Origin: Eubacteriales bacterium
GTDB taxonomy: Bacteria > Bacillota > Clostridia > Oscillospirales > CAG-382
NCBI GenBank assembly: GCA_045631825.1
Contig: JAZQVQ010000121.1
Coordinates: 1,129 to 65,128, forward strand
Length of the DNA: 64,000 nt
Direction of reading: 5' to 3'
Shown: in pieces, positions 51,555 to 59,799 of the stretch
Numbering within the stretch: the first letter of the stretch is position 1
Layout: each line of letters begins with the position of its first letter
Notes under the pieces: model-generated
What the model was told of the DNA's origin: nothing
The model's database searches: none
Seen by the model: the letters and a program-made list of their open reading frames with translations, nothing else
Made by a program: the position numbers and the translations under genes

Positions 51555-52146
51555 ATTATACAGAAAAATGAACAACCTTACTAAAAGAGATTTTTCGAAT
51601 ATGTTGGGTGTTTCACAGAACACTTATAATTATTGGCTTTCTGGTGATAAAAAACCCAGAACTCGATTTACAGCAAACTTACAGGCGTTTTATGAAGCCA
51701 ACATCAAAGGTAAAGTAGAGTCCCGAGACTCCACAGAACCAACTTTGAAAGGGCGTAAAAAAGAAAAACGCACCCTTTATGATATGATGGACCTGTTGTC
51801 GGAATTAAAAGATGGGAATACGGTTTATTTAACCAATACACCTTATTCTTTGAAAATTGTAGACGGGTTTATCGTTCGATATAACGGTGATGACATTATA
51901 TCAATCGGCTCTCCGGTGTTGTCGTCTGACGAATATCACGTCTATAAACCGATTCCTTTGAATATCCAAATAGGAAAACGCTATCTGACGGCTAAGGGTG
52001 AAAAGGTTACGATTTACACCAAAGACGATGATGACACATTCAAAGGTATATTTGACAACACAGGGAATACGAATTTTTATAATTCAAACGGACTCGTTTG
52101 TTCCATTGGTGGTAGTTACGAAGATAATTTAATTGAGGAGATTTAA
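51538..52146 (+). CDS. Xre-type HTH domain protein (contains an in-frame hairpin-B copy)
   Basis: N-terminal LTKRDFSNMLGVSQNTYNYWLSG. GAGTCCCGAGACTCC at 51718-51732 reads ESRDS. Confidence 0.6.
   Translation: MQKEFELYRKMNNLTKRDFSNMLGVSQNTYNYWLSGDKKPRTRFTANLQAFYEANIKGKVESRDSTEPTLKGRKKEKRTLYDMMDLLSELKDGNTVYLTNTPYSLKIVDGFIVRYNGDDIISIGSPVLSSDEYHVYKPIPLNIQIGKRYLTAKGEKVTIYTKDDDDTFKGIFDNTGNTNFYNSNGLVCSIGGSYEDNLIEEI
51718..51732 (+). repeat. hairpin-B family copy inside a CDS
   Basis: GAGTC-CCGA-GACTCC, codon-aligned as ESRDS, in the same frame as the 44908 copy. Confidence 0.8.
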
Positions 52147-52147
52147 A

Positions 52148-52417
52148 ATGCAAAATAATGTAAAAGTAGTATTGACAGACGGAGAAATTAAGTTTTATAA
52201 TGGGGACGAAGAGTTCTCGAGTATGGAAGAGGCTTTTATGGGTAAGAAAATATCCCAACCCGATTTTATAACGGTTAGAACGGATATGCTCGTTGACCTT
52301 TATAAAGAGGCAAAAGCCTGTTGTGGACGTTCGGTTATAGACGAACCCTGCAAATCTTATAATCGTGGAATTATGTATGCTATTGAAAGGATTTTACCGA
52401 ATGTTGAGAGCATCTGA
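52148..52417 (+). CDS. hypothetical protein
   Basis: ATG at 52148 has GAGGAG upstream. Confidence 0.5.
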   Translation: MQNNVKVVLTDGEIKFYNGDEEFSSMEEAFMGKKISQPDFITVRTDMLVDLYKEAKACCGRSVIDEPCKSYNRGIMYAIERILPNVESI

Positions 52418-52619
52418 AACAGACGTTGTTGAATTATTACTGCAAGGACTTAGTAATAAAGACATTGCAGATAAATTGCAAATAAAAGAAGCAACGGTTA
52501 AATGTCATCTTTACCGAGTTTATCAAAAATTAAATATTAAATCGGATAGAGAACTTATCGCAAAATTTTATAAAAACGAACTGGAGGTTATAAATGAATC
52601 TATTGCAAGAAACCATTGA
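52401..52619 (+). CDS. LuxR/GerE-type HTH protein (stand-alone)
   Basis: ETDVVELLLQGLSNKDIADKLQIKEATVKCHLYRVYQKLNI. Confidence 0.65.
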   Translation: MLRASETDVVELLLQGLSNKDIADKLQIKEATVKCHLYRVYQKLNIKSDRELIAKFYKNELEVINESIARNH

Positions 52620-52866
52620 AGAAGAATTGAAAAACGCATTTAATGTGTATTTCGATAATTACGACCACGAAACAGAGGATAATCCTGTTCCATACGGCGA
52701 CACTTACGTCAGTTCTGGGGATTACATAACGGACGAATCTGCTGAACGTTGCGTTGACGATTTCCGTGAGGAATTTGACTTTGAGGAGTTTGTTACGGAA
52801 CAACTTTTGAATAGTCCGAAGTTCGAAGAAGCCGTTAGAAATGTTCTCAAAACAATGAGATTGTAG
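52594..52866 (+). CDS. acidic hypothetical protein
   Basis: 90-aa ORF with GGAGG upstream. Confidence 0.55.
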   Translation: MNLLQETIEEELKNAFNVYFDNYDHETEDNPVPYGDTYVSSGDYITDESAERCVDDFREEFDFEEFVTEQLLNSPKFEEAVRNVLKTMRL

Positions 52867-52877
52867 GAGGTTTTGTT

Positions 52878-53096
52878 ATGAGGGGTTTAAAATTGAGAAT
52901 TCAAAACGGTGAACCTTTGAAACTTGCTCTTGTAGAACATTACTATAAAGGGCGTTGGATTAAATATCCAAAAGACAGGGTTTATCATTTAGTTGGTTTT
53001 GTTAAGGTTACGGATTATGAAACAGATGAAACAATTATCTTTAAAATGCCAGAAAGAACAGTCTATCGGAAACAACGACATTCTGAATTTGACTGA
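52878..53096 (+). CDS. hypothetical protein
   Basis: 72-aa ORF with GGAGG upstream. Confidence 0.5.
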   Translation: MRGLKLRIQNGEPLKLALVEHYYKGRWIKYPKDRVYHLVGFVKVTDYETDETIIFKMPERTVYRKQRHSEFD

Positions 53097-53242
53097 GTAT
53101 TTCGAGGATGTGAACTTATATATGAATGGGTATTACAAAGACTTATACATATATGATATTATCAACAAACACCTTCCCTTTTTATCGGAAGATTACCGAG
53201 AGGATTTGGTTTATAATTATATGAAAACGAGGTTTGATAGAT

Positions 53243-53725
53243 ATGAAGGCTAGACATTGGGGTTGGAATTATGTGGACGGGGTGGAGTTCTTTTTGGAAG
53301 AAGGATATAAACTTCCAGAGTTTTGTCCTTTCAATAAGATGCCTTCCGTAAGGTGTCCCCATAGAACGAAAGGGCAACCCCTTCCATACGCAGAACCGGA
53401 ATTGTGTTTTTCGGAACAACCCTATGTTTATCCTGAAAACGTAAAAGTCGAAACCTCGAAAGTCAGATATACAGGTATGAACTGCTTACCTTTGATTCGT
53501 AAGATGATGGGGGAAACAAATTATGTGCCAATTCTGATTGAGGGTGTTCGGTTGGATAACCAACTGCTTAATTTTTTAGATTGTCTTTACAACGAAATGA
53601 TGATGTCGGGACGGGGCGTTGTAATGACAGGTGATTGTAATATCCCATATCCGACATTTGTTAGGAGAATCAATGTTAGAAAAATGGATGCAACTGAAAT
53701 CACTGGAACGTCAAATAAAAGATGA
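53243..53725 (+). CDS. hypothetical protein
   Basis: 160-aa ORF. The start is ambiguous between 53234 and 53243. Confidence 0.55.
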   Translation: MKARHWGWNYVDGVEFFLEEGYKLPEFCPFNKMPSVRCPHRTKGQPLPYAEPELCFSEQPYVYPENVKVETSKVRYTGMNCLPLIRKMMGETNYVPILIEGVRLDNQLLNFLDCLYNEMMMSGRGVVMTGDCNIPYPTFVRRINVRKMDATEITGTSNKR

Positions 53726-53990
53726 ACGTGTGGCTCTTGAAGAACACATTTTTATGAAGTACGGAAACGCTTTACAAAAACAACACAACACTATTCGTGA
53801 TGGTGAATATAAAATAACCATAAAAATCAACGAAAAATTAAAAGTTGTAAAAGGTGTTGTTCCACCGGCTTACGCTCACGATATTTACGTGCAGAAAGTT
53901 GATGAGAAAAAACTGGAAAAATACGCCGATGAAAATTGGGTAGAACGTGTGATGAACAAACCGAGTATCGAGGTTGTCAGGGAGGTTTAA
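53673..53990 (+). CDS. hypothetical protein
   Basis: ATG at 53673 has AGGAG upstream. Confidence 0.5.
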   Translation: MLEKWMQLKSLERQIKDERVALEEHIFMKYGNALQKQHNTIRDGEYKITIKINEKLKVVKGVVPPAYAHDIYVQKVDEKKLEKYADENWVERVMNKPSIEVVREV

Positions 53991-54142
53991 TGGCAATCTT
54001 TCTTTTATATCTATTTATATCATTTTTGTTTAACTGTGAAAAAATGTTTGACAATAGGCAAAAAGCACGATATAAAGTATTTGATGTTGAAGATGATTTA
54101 TATTTTAATGGGGTATATCACGCAGGTGATGAATTTTTATAA
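53990..54142 (+). CDS. small hydrophobic N-terminus protein (50 aa)
   Basis: ATG at 53990 has GGGAGG upstream. A consensus promoter is embedded inside the ORF. Confidence 0.35.
   Translation: MAIFLLYLFISFLFNCEKMFDNRQKARYKVFDVEDDLYFNGVYHAGDEFL
54048..54076 (+). promoter_or_regulatory. sigma70-type promoter
   Basis: TTGACA, 17-nt spacer, TATAAA. Confidence 0.55.
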
Positions 54143-54345
54143 TGGCAGATATTACGAAATGTGCAAACTATTTTAAATGTCCTTTGGCTAAAACTTGTAA
54201 AAGAGTGCTGGCTGAAGATGACCAGTATGGTTGGCAAAGTTATGCTGACTATTATATCGATGACCGGAATGAATGTGACCGTTACATTCCAATGAAAGGG
54301 GGTTCAAATGTTACCGATGATGTTTTAAAAGAAAATGAAAATTAA
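54142..54345 (+). CDS. hypothetical Cys-containing protein
   Basis: 67-aa ORF. Confidence 0.5.
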   Translation: MADITKCANYFKCPLAKTCKRVLAEDDQYGWQSYADYYIDDRNECDRYIPMKGGSNVTDDVLKENEN

Positions 54346-54377
54346 CAAAAGTCAACCAAAATAAAAGGAGTTTAAAA

Positions 54378-54599
54378 ATGTTTAACTTTGTAAAAAACAT
54401 ATTCAAAAAGAAAAAAGCTAAAACGTTTGAGGTGGCACCCCTTGTAACGGTTGCTATGACAGACGTTGAATTTTTAAGATTGTTTCCTAACCCGTATCGG
54501 GAGGCGGTAGAATTGACGAAACGTAGAAAAGGAAACAAAACATCATTTAAAAAGGGAAATATCCCGTGGAATAAAGGAAAAAAGAAAAATGGAAAATAA
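54378..54599 (+). CDS. basic hypothetical protein
   Basis: 73-aa ORF with AAGGAG upstream. Confidence 0.5.
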   Translation: MFNFVKNIFKKKKAKTFEVAPLVTVAMTDVEFLRLFPNPYREAVELTKRRKGNKTSFKKGNIPWNKGKKKNGK

Positions 54600-54819
54600 A
54601 GAAAGATTACTCTCATTTGTGGAACGTATTGAACGTTTAGAAGAAGAGAAAAAAGAATTAACAGCAGATATTAGTGAAGTTTTGAAGGAAGCGAAAGGTG
54701 AAGGTTTTGATACGAAAGTCATCAAAGAAATTATCAAACTTCGCAGAATGCTCGCTACCGATAGAGCCGAATACGAATATCTGAGAGATGAATACAAGAA
54801 ATTATTGGGTATCGAATAA
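54589..54819 (+). CDS. GapR-like (DUF2312) DNA-binding protein
   Basis: LLSFVERIERLEEEKKELTADISEVLKEAKGEGFDTKVIKEIIKLRRM matches the DUF2312/GapR signature as I recall it. Confidence 0.7.
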   Translation: MENKERLLSFVERIERLEEEKKELTADISEVLKEAKGEGFDTKVIKEIIKLRRMLATDRAEYEYLRDEYKKLLGIE

Positions 54820-55004
54820 TGGAAATATCAATCGGAGATTCAGTGACCTTTAACGGTTCGGATTATTTCGTCGTTACGAACATTACGACGGAAGAAATCA
54901 AAACTAGAAAAAAAGGCACACTGGTTTTTGTTAAATTATATTTTGGGGATGCTCACCAACCTATGTATAAACATAGCGTTGTTGGTGTAAAAAAGTTGGC
55001 CTAA
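54819..55004 (+). CDS. hypothetical protein
   Basis: 61-aa ORF with an ATAATG overlap-type junction. Confidence 0.5.
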   Translation: MEISIGDSVTFNGSDYFVVTNITTEEIKTRKKGTLVFVKLYFGDAHQPMYKHSVVGVKKLA

Positions 55005-55071
55005 AGAGTCTCCTTTCAGAGCGTGGGGAGTGGTTGCCTCAAAAGAACAAATGCCGTACATCAGACTCTTT
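55003..55071 (+). repeat. hairpin-B-like arms AAAGAGTCT / AGACTCTTT enclosing 51 nt
   Basis: A 9-bp inverted repeat in the 156-nt gap upstream of the helicase gene. Confidence 0.6.
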
Positions 55072-55160
55072 GGGTACTTCGAACTTGATGTGTTTTAGTT
55101 CGATGAATCATTGAAGATGTCAATTTGTTCAACAACCACAACTTATTTTTGGGGGTTAAA

Positions 55161-56489
55161 ATGTTACAGTTACGAGATTATCAGTTAGAACGGTTACAAT
55201 ATCATTTAAAGAACGACCGTTCATTGGAGTTATTACCTATGGGGCGTGGGAAAACCCCCATAGCCTGCGTTTATGCTAAACTCCAATGGGATTTATATAA
55301 AGAAAAATCAGTTTGGGTAATGCCCGTTGCTTTGTTGTCGAAAAACAAAGATGAAATTATGAAATGGTGCGAGTTTTCGGACGAGGAAGTTGCTTTATTG
55401 AACGTTCCGAAAAACAAGCGTATGAAGATTTATGCCGACCAAAACGTAAAAGCGTTTATGATGTCGGGTGATACTTATGCCCGTGAGTGGCGTGAATTAC
55501 CGTCGGATGTGAACGTTGTGATAGTGGATGAATTTCATCAAAACTTCGGTTCGCATACGAGTATGAGAACACAACAATTTTATGTTAGTTCTCGTCGTTT
55601 TAAGAAAATAAAAATAATGACTGGAACGTTGATTGCCGGCAAATATAGTTCGGCTTATCCGGCCATCGCTGTAATCGAACCTCGTTATTATTTAAATTAT
55701 AACAACTTCTTGGCTTATCACGGCGTGTTCAACAACTTCAATCAGATTGTGGCTTGGCGTAACCCAGATAAACTGCGGGAGATTTTAAGCCGGCATTCTT
55801 CTGGTTTGAACGACCCGTTTGCCGGTAGGAAGAATTGGACCGAAATCATCTTCGAAAAATGCAACTTCGACGAAAAACAAAAAATGGCATATAAAGAAAT
55901 GGAAGAAGAAGCCTTGTTGGAACTCGAAGATAAATTCATCGATGCCCGTGATTCAGGTGGGGTTAAACAGATTCGTTGTCGGCAGATATTATCTTGTCCG
56001 GAAAGTATTGACTTAAAGGTTGGTTTTCTCGGTAAAGACGATATGTTAAAAATTCACTTGTTAAACGCAAAGGAAGAAAATGAACGACTCGTTATATTCT
56101 CGGTATTCAACGCAGAACAAGAACGCATAAAGAAATTATGCGATGATATTGGGGTGCGTGCTGAGATTATGAACGGTGATGTCCCTTCCTCTAAACGTGG
56201 TGAGATTGATAGGAAATTTCAGAACAACGAGATTGATGTTATCATAGGTTCCCCGAAGATTGCCTCTATCGGTTTTAATTGGGAATTCATAAAAGAAATT
56301 ATATTCACTTCTATGTCCTATGATAATTCAGAGTTTTCTCAGGCTATGGGTCGTGGGGACCGTGGTTCACGGACAAGACCGTTGTTGGTTTATGTTCTAA
56401 CCTACGACACAAAAGTTGAGAAAAGAATAATGACAATTTTATACAGAAAATCTGACGAATTGAAGAAAATTTTTTCAAAAAGTAGTTGA
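55161..56489 (+). CDS. SNF2/SF2-family helicase
   Basis: LRDYQ (Q-motif region), GRGKT (motif I), VIVDEFHQ (motif II), QAMGRGDR (motif VI). Confidence 0.85.
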   Translation: MLQLRDYQLERLQYHLKNDRSLELLPMGRGKTPIACVYAKLQWDLYKEKSVWVMPVALLSKNKDEIMKWCEFSDEEVALLNVPKNKRMKIYADQNVKAFMMSGDTYAREWRELPSDVNVVIVDEFHQNFGSHTSMRTQQFYVSSRRFKKIKIMTGTLIAGKYSSAYPAIAVIEPRYYLNYNNFLAYHGVFNNFNQIVAWRNPDKLREILSRHSSGLNDPFAGRKNWTEIIFEKCNFDEKQKMAYKEMEEEALLELEDKFIDARDSGGVKQIRCRQILSCPESIDLKVGFLGKDDMLKIHLLNAKEENERLVIFSVFNAEQERIKKLCDDIGVRAEIMNGDVPSSKRGEIDRKFQNNEIDVIIGSPKIASIGFNWEFIKEIIFTSMSYDNSEFSQAMGRGDRGSRTRPLLVYVLTYDTKVEKRIMTILYRKSDELKKIFSKSS

Positions 56490-56515
56490 CATTGTTTTGT
56501 ATATGTGTCATTATA
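56486..56515 (+). promoter_or_regulatory. sigma70-type promoter overlapping the helicase stop
   Basis: TTGACA with a 17- or 18-nt spacer, then CATTAT or ATTATA. Confidence 0.5.
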
Positions 56516-56573
56516 AGAGTGTGGGAAACCACAAATGTTAAATGTAAAAATTTTAAAAGAAAGGAAAATTAAA

Positions 56574-57392
56574 ATGTATAATGTAGATATGTTAAAAGTG
56601 TTAATCAATGCTGGCGTTAAGGTTAAACCGGAACAGGCTAGTGAGGAAGATTGGGCGGCAGCGATGGCTTCGTTCTCGCAACAACAACCGCAAACACAAA
56701 TTGTTGACGTGGTTCCTCTGGCACAATCAAGCAGTGTTTCCTCGGTTTCTGTTGACGTGGTTCCTCTGGCACAATCAAGCGGTGTTTCGTCGGTTCCGGT
56801 TGTTCCAGTTTCACAACAACCAAATCAAACATTTGTTGGAAAGAAAGAATACACCTTTGATGATTTCAAACCTCAAGGGATGGCTGTTGATGGCATTTTA
56901 ACTTTGAAAAACGGAACACCTTTTGTTTCTCAGAAAGAAATTTTAAAGAAAGCATTTAAGGCTACTTTATTGTTCGATGAAACAAAAGTAAAACAAGTTA
57001 TCAAATGTAATGTCAACGGAAAAGCCACATACTTCTCAACATACGGAGATGGTGTCGATTCCCGTGATGGAACACCGTTCCAGACAAAAATTGATTACTG
57101 CAAACGTATGGACCCGAACGCCTTTGTTTATCCTTCAGCAGAGTTAGTTTTCGAACTGAGTGAAGATGTCACAGACCCGAATGGTAAAGTGGTTGCCACA
57201 AAGGGTATGAAGTTGGGACACTCCACTTCTGCTACAAACCGTAAGGTTTTGAATGAATTTTACGATGCTTGTAAGATGAAGGGTGTTGATGTTCGTGCTG
57301 ACCACGTTCCTGTTCAAGTTGGTTTTGTTCAAATGAACAACAACAAAGGGCAGATTTGGACGTGTATTACGCTCGAATTAGTCGAAGGTTAA
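56574..57392 (+). CDS. hypothetical protein with a 16-aa tandem duplication
   Basis: ATG follows GAAAGGAAAATTAA. VDVVPLAQSS(S/G)VSSV(S/P) occurs twice. The gene has its own promoter and terminator, consistent with a highly expressed gene. Confidence 0.6.
   Translation: MYNVDMLKVLINAGVKVKPEQASEEDWAAAMASFSQQQPQTQIVDVVPLAQSSSVSSVSVDVVPLAQSSGVSSVPVVPVSQQPNQTFVGKKEYTFDDFKPQGMAVDGILTLKNGTPFVSQKEILKKAFKATLLFDETKVKQVIKCNVNGKATYFSTYGDGVDSRDGTPFQTKIDYCKRMDPNAFVYPSAELVFELSEDVTDPNGKVVATKGMKLGHSTSATNRKVLNEFYDACKMKGVDVRADHVPVQVGFVQMNNNKGQIWTCITLELVEG
56703..56798 (+). repeat. 48-nt tandem repeat x2
   Basis: Copies at 56703-56750 and 56751-56798 differ at 4 positions. Confidence 0.9.
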
Positions 57393-57400
57393 TGTTACAC

Positions 57401-57435
57401 AGGTGTCGTGTTTAGGCACGACACCTTTTCTATTT
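57401..57435 (+). terminator. intrinsic terminator
   Basis: AGGTGTCGTG / CACGACACCT 10-bp stem followed by TTTCTATTT. Confidence 0.8.
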
Positions 57436-57445
57436 GGGGTGTATT

Positions 57446-58207
57446 ATGTCAAAGATTATAATTTATGATTCAAACAACTGGGTTCGTATGACGGTGGAAA
57501 AAGATTTCACCGGTCTTGGGTTGCGTATGTGTTGGTCCGAGGTGATTAAAGACGACGGTAATATCCGTATTTTCGTTTTCGACGGACGTGGTTGTAATAA
57601 TTTGAGAAGAACGTTATATCCGGAGTATAAGGCTAAAAGAAAATTACCGACGGATAATTTCTTCGAGAATTTGGCGTTTTTTAAAGAGATTTTGCATTAT
57701 GCACCGAAAAACGTTGGGGTCGTAGAACGAGAAGGGTTTGAAGGTGATGATGTCATTTATACGATAGCAAAGATGATGCAACCGGCTGAGGTTACTATTA
57801 TGTCTACGGATAAAGACTTAACTGCTATACCTAACGCTGTCAATCCTTTAGTTTCGAAACTTTTATGTGAACGGAAGTACGTCCATTTATACAAAGCGTT
57901 GGTGGGTGATAATTCTGATAACATAAAGGGTGTCCACGGTTTCGGTAAAAGGAGTTGGGAAATTTTAACGACGGATGAAAAGGATTTGTTGGTTAAATTT
58001 TTCGAGAACGGTCTTTCCGAAAACGATGCTATAAATTGTTCGGTTATCAACCCGAAGGTTTGGTCATTGATTCAAAAAACAGACGACCAGACATTGAGAA
58101 CCAACTGGACGATAACCAGTTTTTTTGAGGTTCCCAACCTACAAATAGAATGGGGTGAGGATAACATTGAATTATCTGAAATGAAACTACGAGAGGTTAT
58201 GTTATGA
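57446..58207 (+). CDS. 5'-3' exonuclease / flap endonuclease (FEN, Pol I N-terminal-like)
   Basis: LYPEYKAKRK, GFEGDDVI, STDKDL, LVGDNSDNIKGVHGFGKRSW. Confidence 0.85.
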   Translation: MSKIIIYDSNNWVRMTVEKDFTGLGLRMCWSEVIKDDGNIRIFVFDGRGCNNLRRTLYPEYKAKRKLPTDNFFENLAFFKEILHYAPKNVGVVEREGFEGDDVIYTIAKMMQPAEVTIMSTDKDLTAIPNAVNPLVSKLLCERKYVHLYKALVGDNSDNIKGVHGFGKRSWEILTTDEKDLLVKFFENGLSENDAINCSVINPKVWSLIQKTDDQTLRTNWTITSFFEVPNLQIEWGEDNIELSEMKLREVML

Positions 58208-58803
58208 GTATGAAATTGAATTTAATAATGGGTGCGAGAAATGACGCAAAGAACGCACGGGATGAGAATGATTTTTACGCAACTCATCCGGATGCCGTGA
58301 AAGATTTTCTTAAAGCGTTGGAAGAATACAACGATGGGTTAACGTGTAATAAGGTTTTAGAACCTTGTGCCGGAAACGGTCACATATCGGAAGTGTTTAA
58401 AGAAAAAGGCTACGAGGTTTTATCGTGGGATTTGGTACAACGTGAATATCCGTTGGATAAGGTTGGTGATTTTTTAACATACGATGGTCCGCAGGTGGAT
58501 GCCGATGTAGTTACGAACCCGCCATTTAAACTGGCGTTGGAGTTTGTGAATAAAGCACTGGATGTTGTGACGGATGGTCGTCGTGTTTGTATGCTTATGA
58601 AGGTTCAATTCTTAGAAGGTATGAAGAGGTGGAAACGTCTTTACAGTAAGAATTGTATGAAATATGTGTATGTGAACTCTCGCCGGCAACACACTGCTAT
58701 GGGTGGGGAGTTTGATAAATTGGAATCCAAAACCCAATGTTATTGTTGGTTTGTATTTGAGAAAGGTTTTGAAGGGGAACCTATTGTAAGGTGGATAAAA
58801 TGA
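58204..58803 (+). CDS. N6-adenine DNA methyltransferase (NPPF type)
   Basis: SAM-binding LEPCAGNGH and catalytic VVTNPPF. Confidence 0.75.
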   Translation: MSMKLNLIMGARNDAKNARDENDFYATHPDAVKDFLKALEEYNDGLTCNKVLEPCAGNGHISEVFKEKGYEVLSWDLVQREYPLDKVGDFLTYDGPQVDADVVTNPPFKLALEFVNKALDVVTDGRRVCMLMKVQFLEGMKRWKRLYSKNCMKYVYVNSRRQHTAMGGEFDKLESKTQCYCWFVFEKGFEGEPIVRWIK

Positions 58804-59147
58804 TTGATGTTAGATGTTTGATTCGTATTTTCAACGAAGAAAAGGGTGAATATTACAAAGAGATTACGATAACTTACACGAAGGATAGTTATGTCGTGAT
58901 TGCTGACGGTGTTGTTTTAGATAATCCGATTATGGAGAAATGTATCGGGGTGTATGATGACGACAAACGATTGGTATATACGTTGGATATTGTCGAAATC
59001 GACGGAATTCGCCGGTTAGTGTATGATGATGGTACGGTCAATTTGGGTGGTAAATGTATTCCACTCGAGGAAGTTGATTGTAAAACCCTTAAAATTATAG
59101 GGAATGAACGTGAACATTTCGATTTGATAAATGGAGAATTACTATGA
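58791..59147 (+). CDS. hypothetical protein
   Basis: 118-aa ORF. An alternative start lies at 58800. Confidence 0.55.
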   Translation: MDKMIDVRCLIRIFNEEKGEYYKEITITYTKDSYVVIADGVVLDNPIMEKCIGVYDDDKRLVYTLDIVEIDGIRRLVYDDGTVNLGGKCIPLEEVDCKTLKIIGNEREHFDLINGELL

Positions 59148-59437
59148 AAAAGATAACAGAAGTACCGAAGGATTCTAAATTAAGAGTGATTGATTTTTCT
59201 GCCGATTGGTGTGGTCATTGTCGGCAATTAAAACCGTTGTTGGAGGCAGAAGAAACGAAAAACCCCAACATAGAATTTTGTGTCGTCGACGTTGATACGG
59301 TTCCGGCGGAGATGTTGGATGCTTTCGATGTGAATGAATTACCTTTAATTGTCGCCGTGAAGAATGGTGAGGTTAAATCGGTCTACGAAGAAAGTGAAGG
59401 TTCTCTTTCTTCTTGGGTTTCATTTATACAGTGGTGA
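59144..59437 (+). CDS. thioredoxin
   Basis: 97 aa. DFSADWCGHCRQLKP active site in a thioredoxin-fold context. Confidence 0.85.
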   Translation: MKKITEVPKDSKLRVIDFSADWCGHCRQLKPLLEAEETKNPNIEFCVVDVDTVPAEMLDAFDVNELPLIVAVKNGEVKSVYEESEGSLSSWVSFIQW

Positions 59438-59445
59438 GGTGTGAA

Positions 59446-59799
59446 ATGATTGTAAAAGGACCGAAAGATGTTCAAATTGGAAACCTGTATATGTATGATA
59501 GATGGCATTATGGGTGTCACAAATTAGACTGTGGGGTTTGTATTGGTGTAACTGAAAAAAGTGTGACCTTCCGAGACCCAGAACGCTCTTACCTGAGTGG
59601 ACACGAGGTTAAGTTTATATCCAACGCTTATCCCAAAACTGAATACACAATGATTGCCGATTATGACAAACGTATTTTTAACGCTTACAATAAGCGTATA
59701 GACAATCTGGGGAACGATTTGAAAAATATTTGGGAAGGGAACATTAAAAAAGAACGGAAACGTAAGAAGAAAGGCTTTTGGAAAAGGTGGTTTAAATGA
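59446..59799 (+). CDS. hypothetical protein with basic C-terminus
   Basis: ATG at 59446 has GAGGTG upstream. Confidence 0.55.
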   Translation: MIVKGPKDVQIGNLYMYDRWHYGCHKLDCGVCIGVTEKSVTFRDPERSYLSGHEVKFISNAYPKTEYTMIADYDKRIFNAYNKRIDNLGNDLKNIWEGNIKKERKRKKKGFWKRWFK

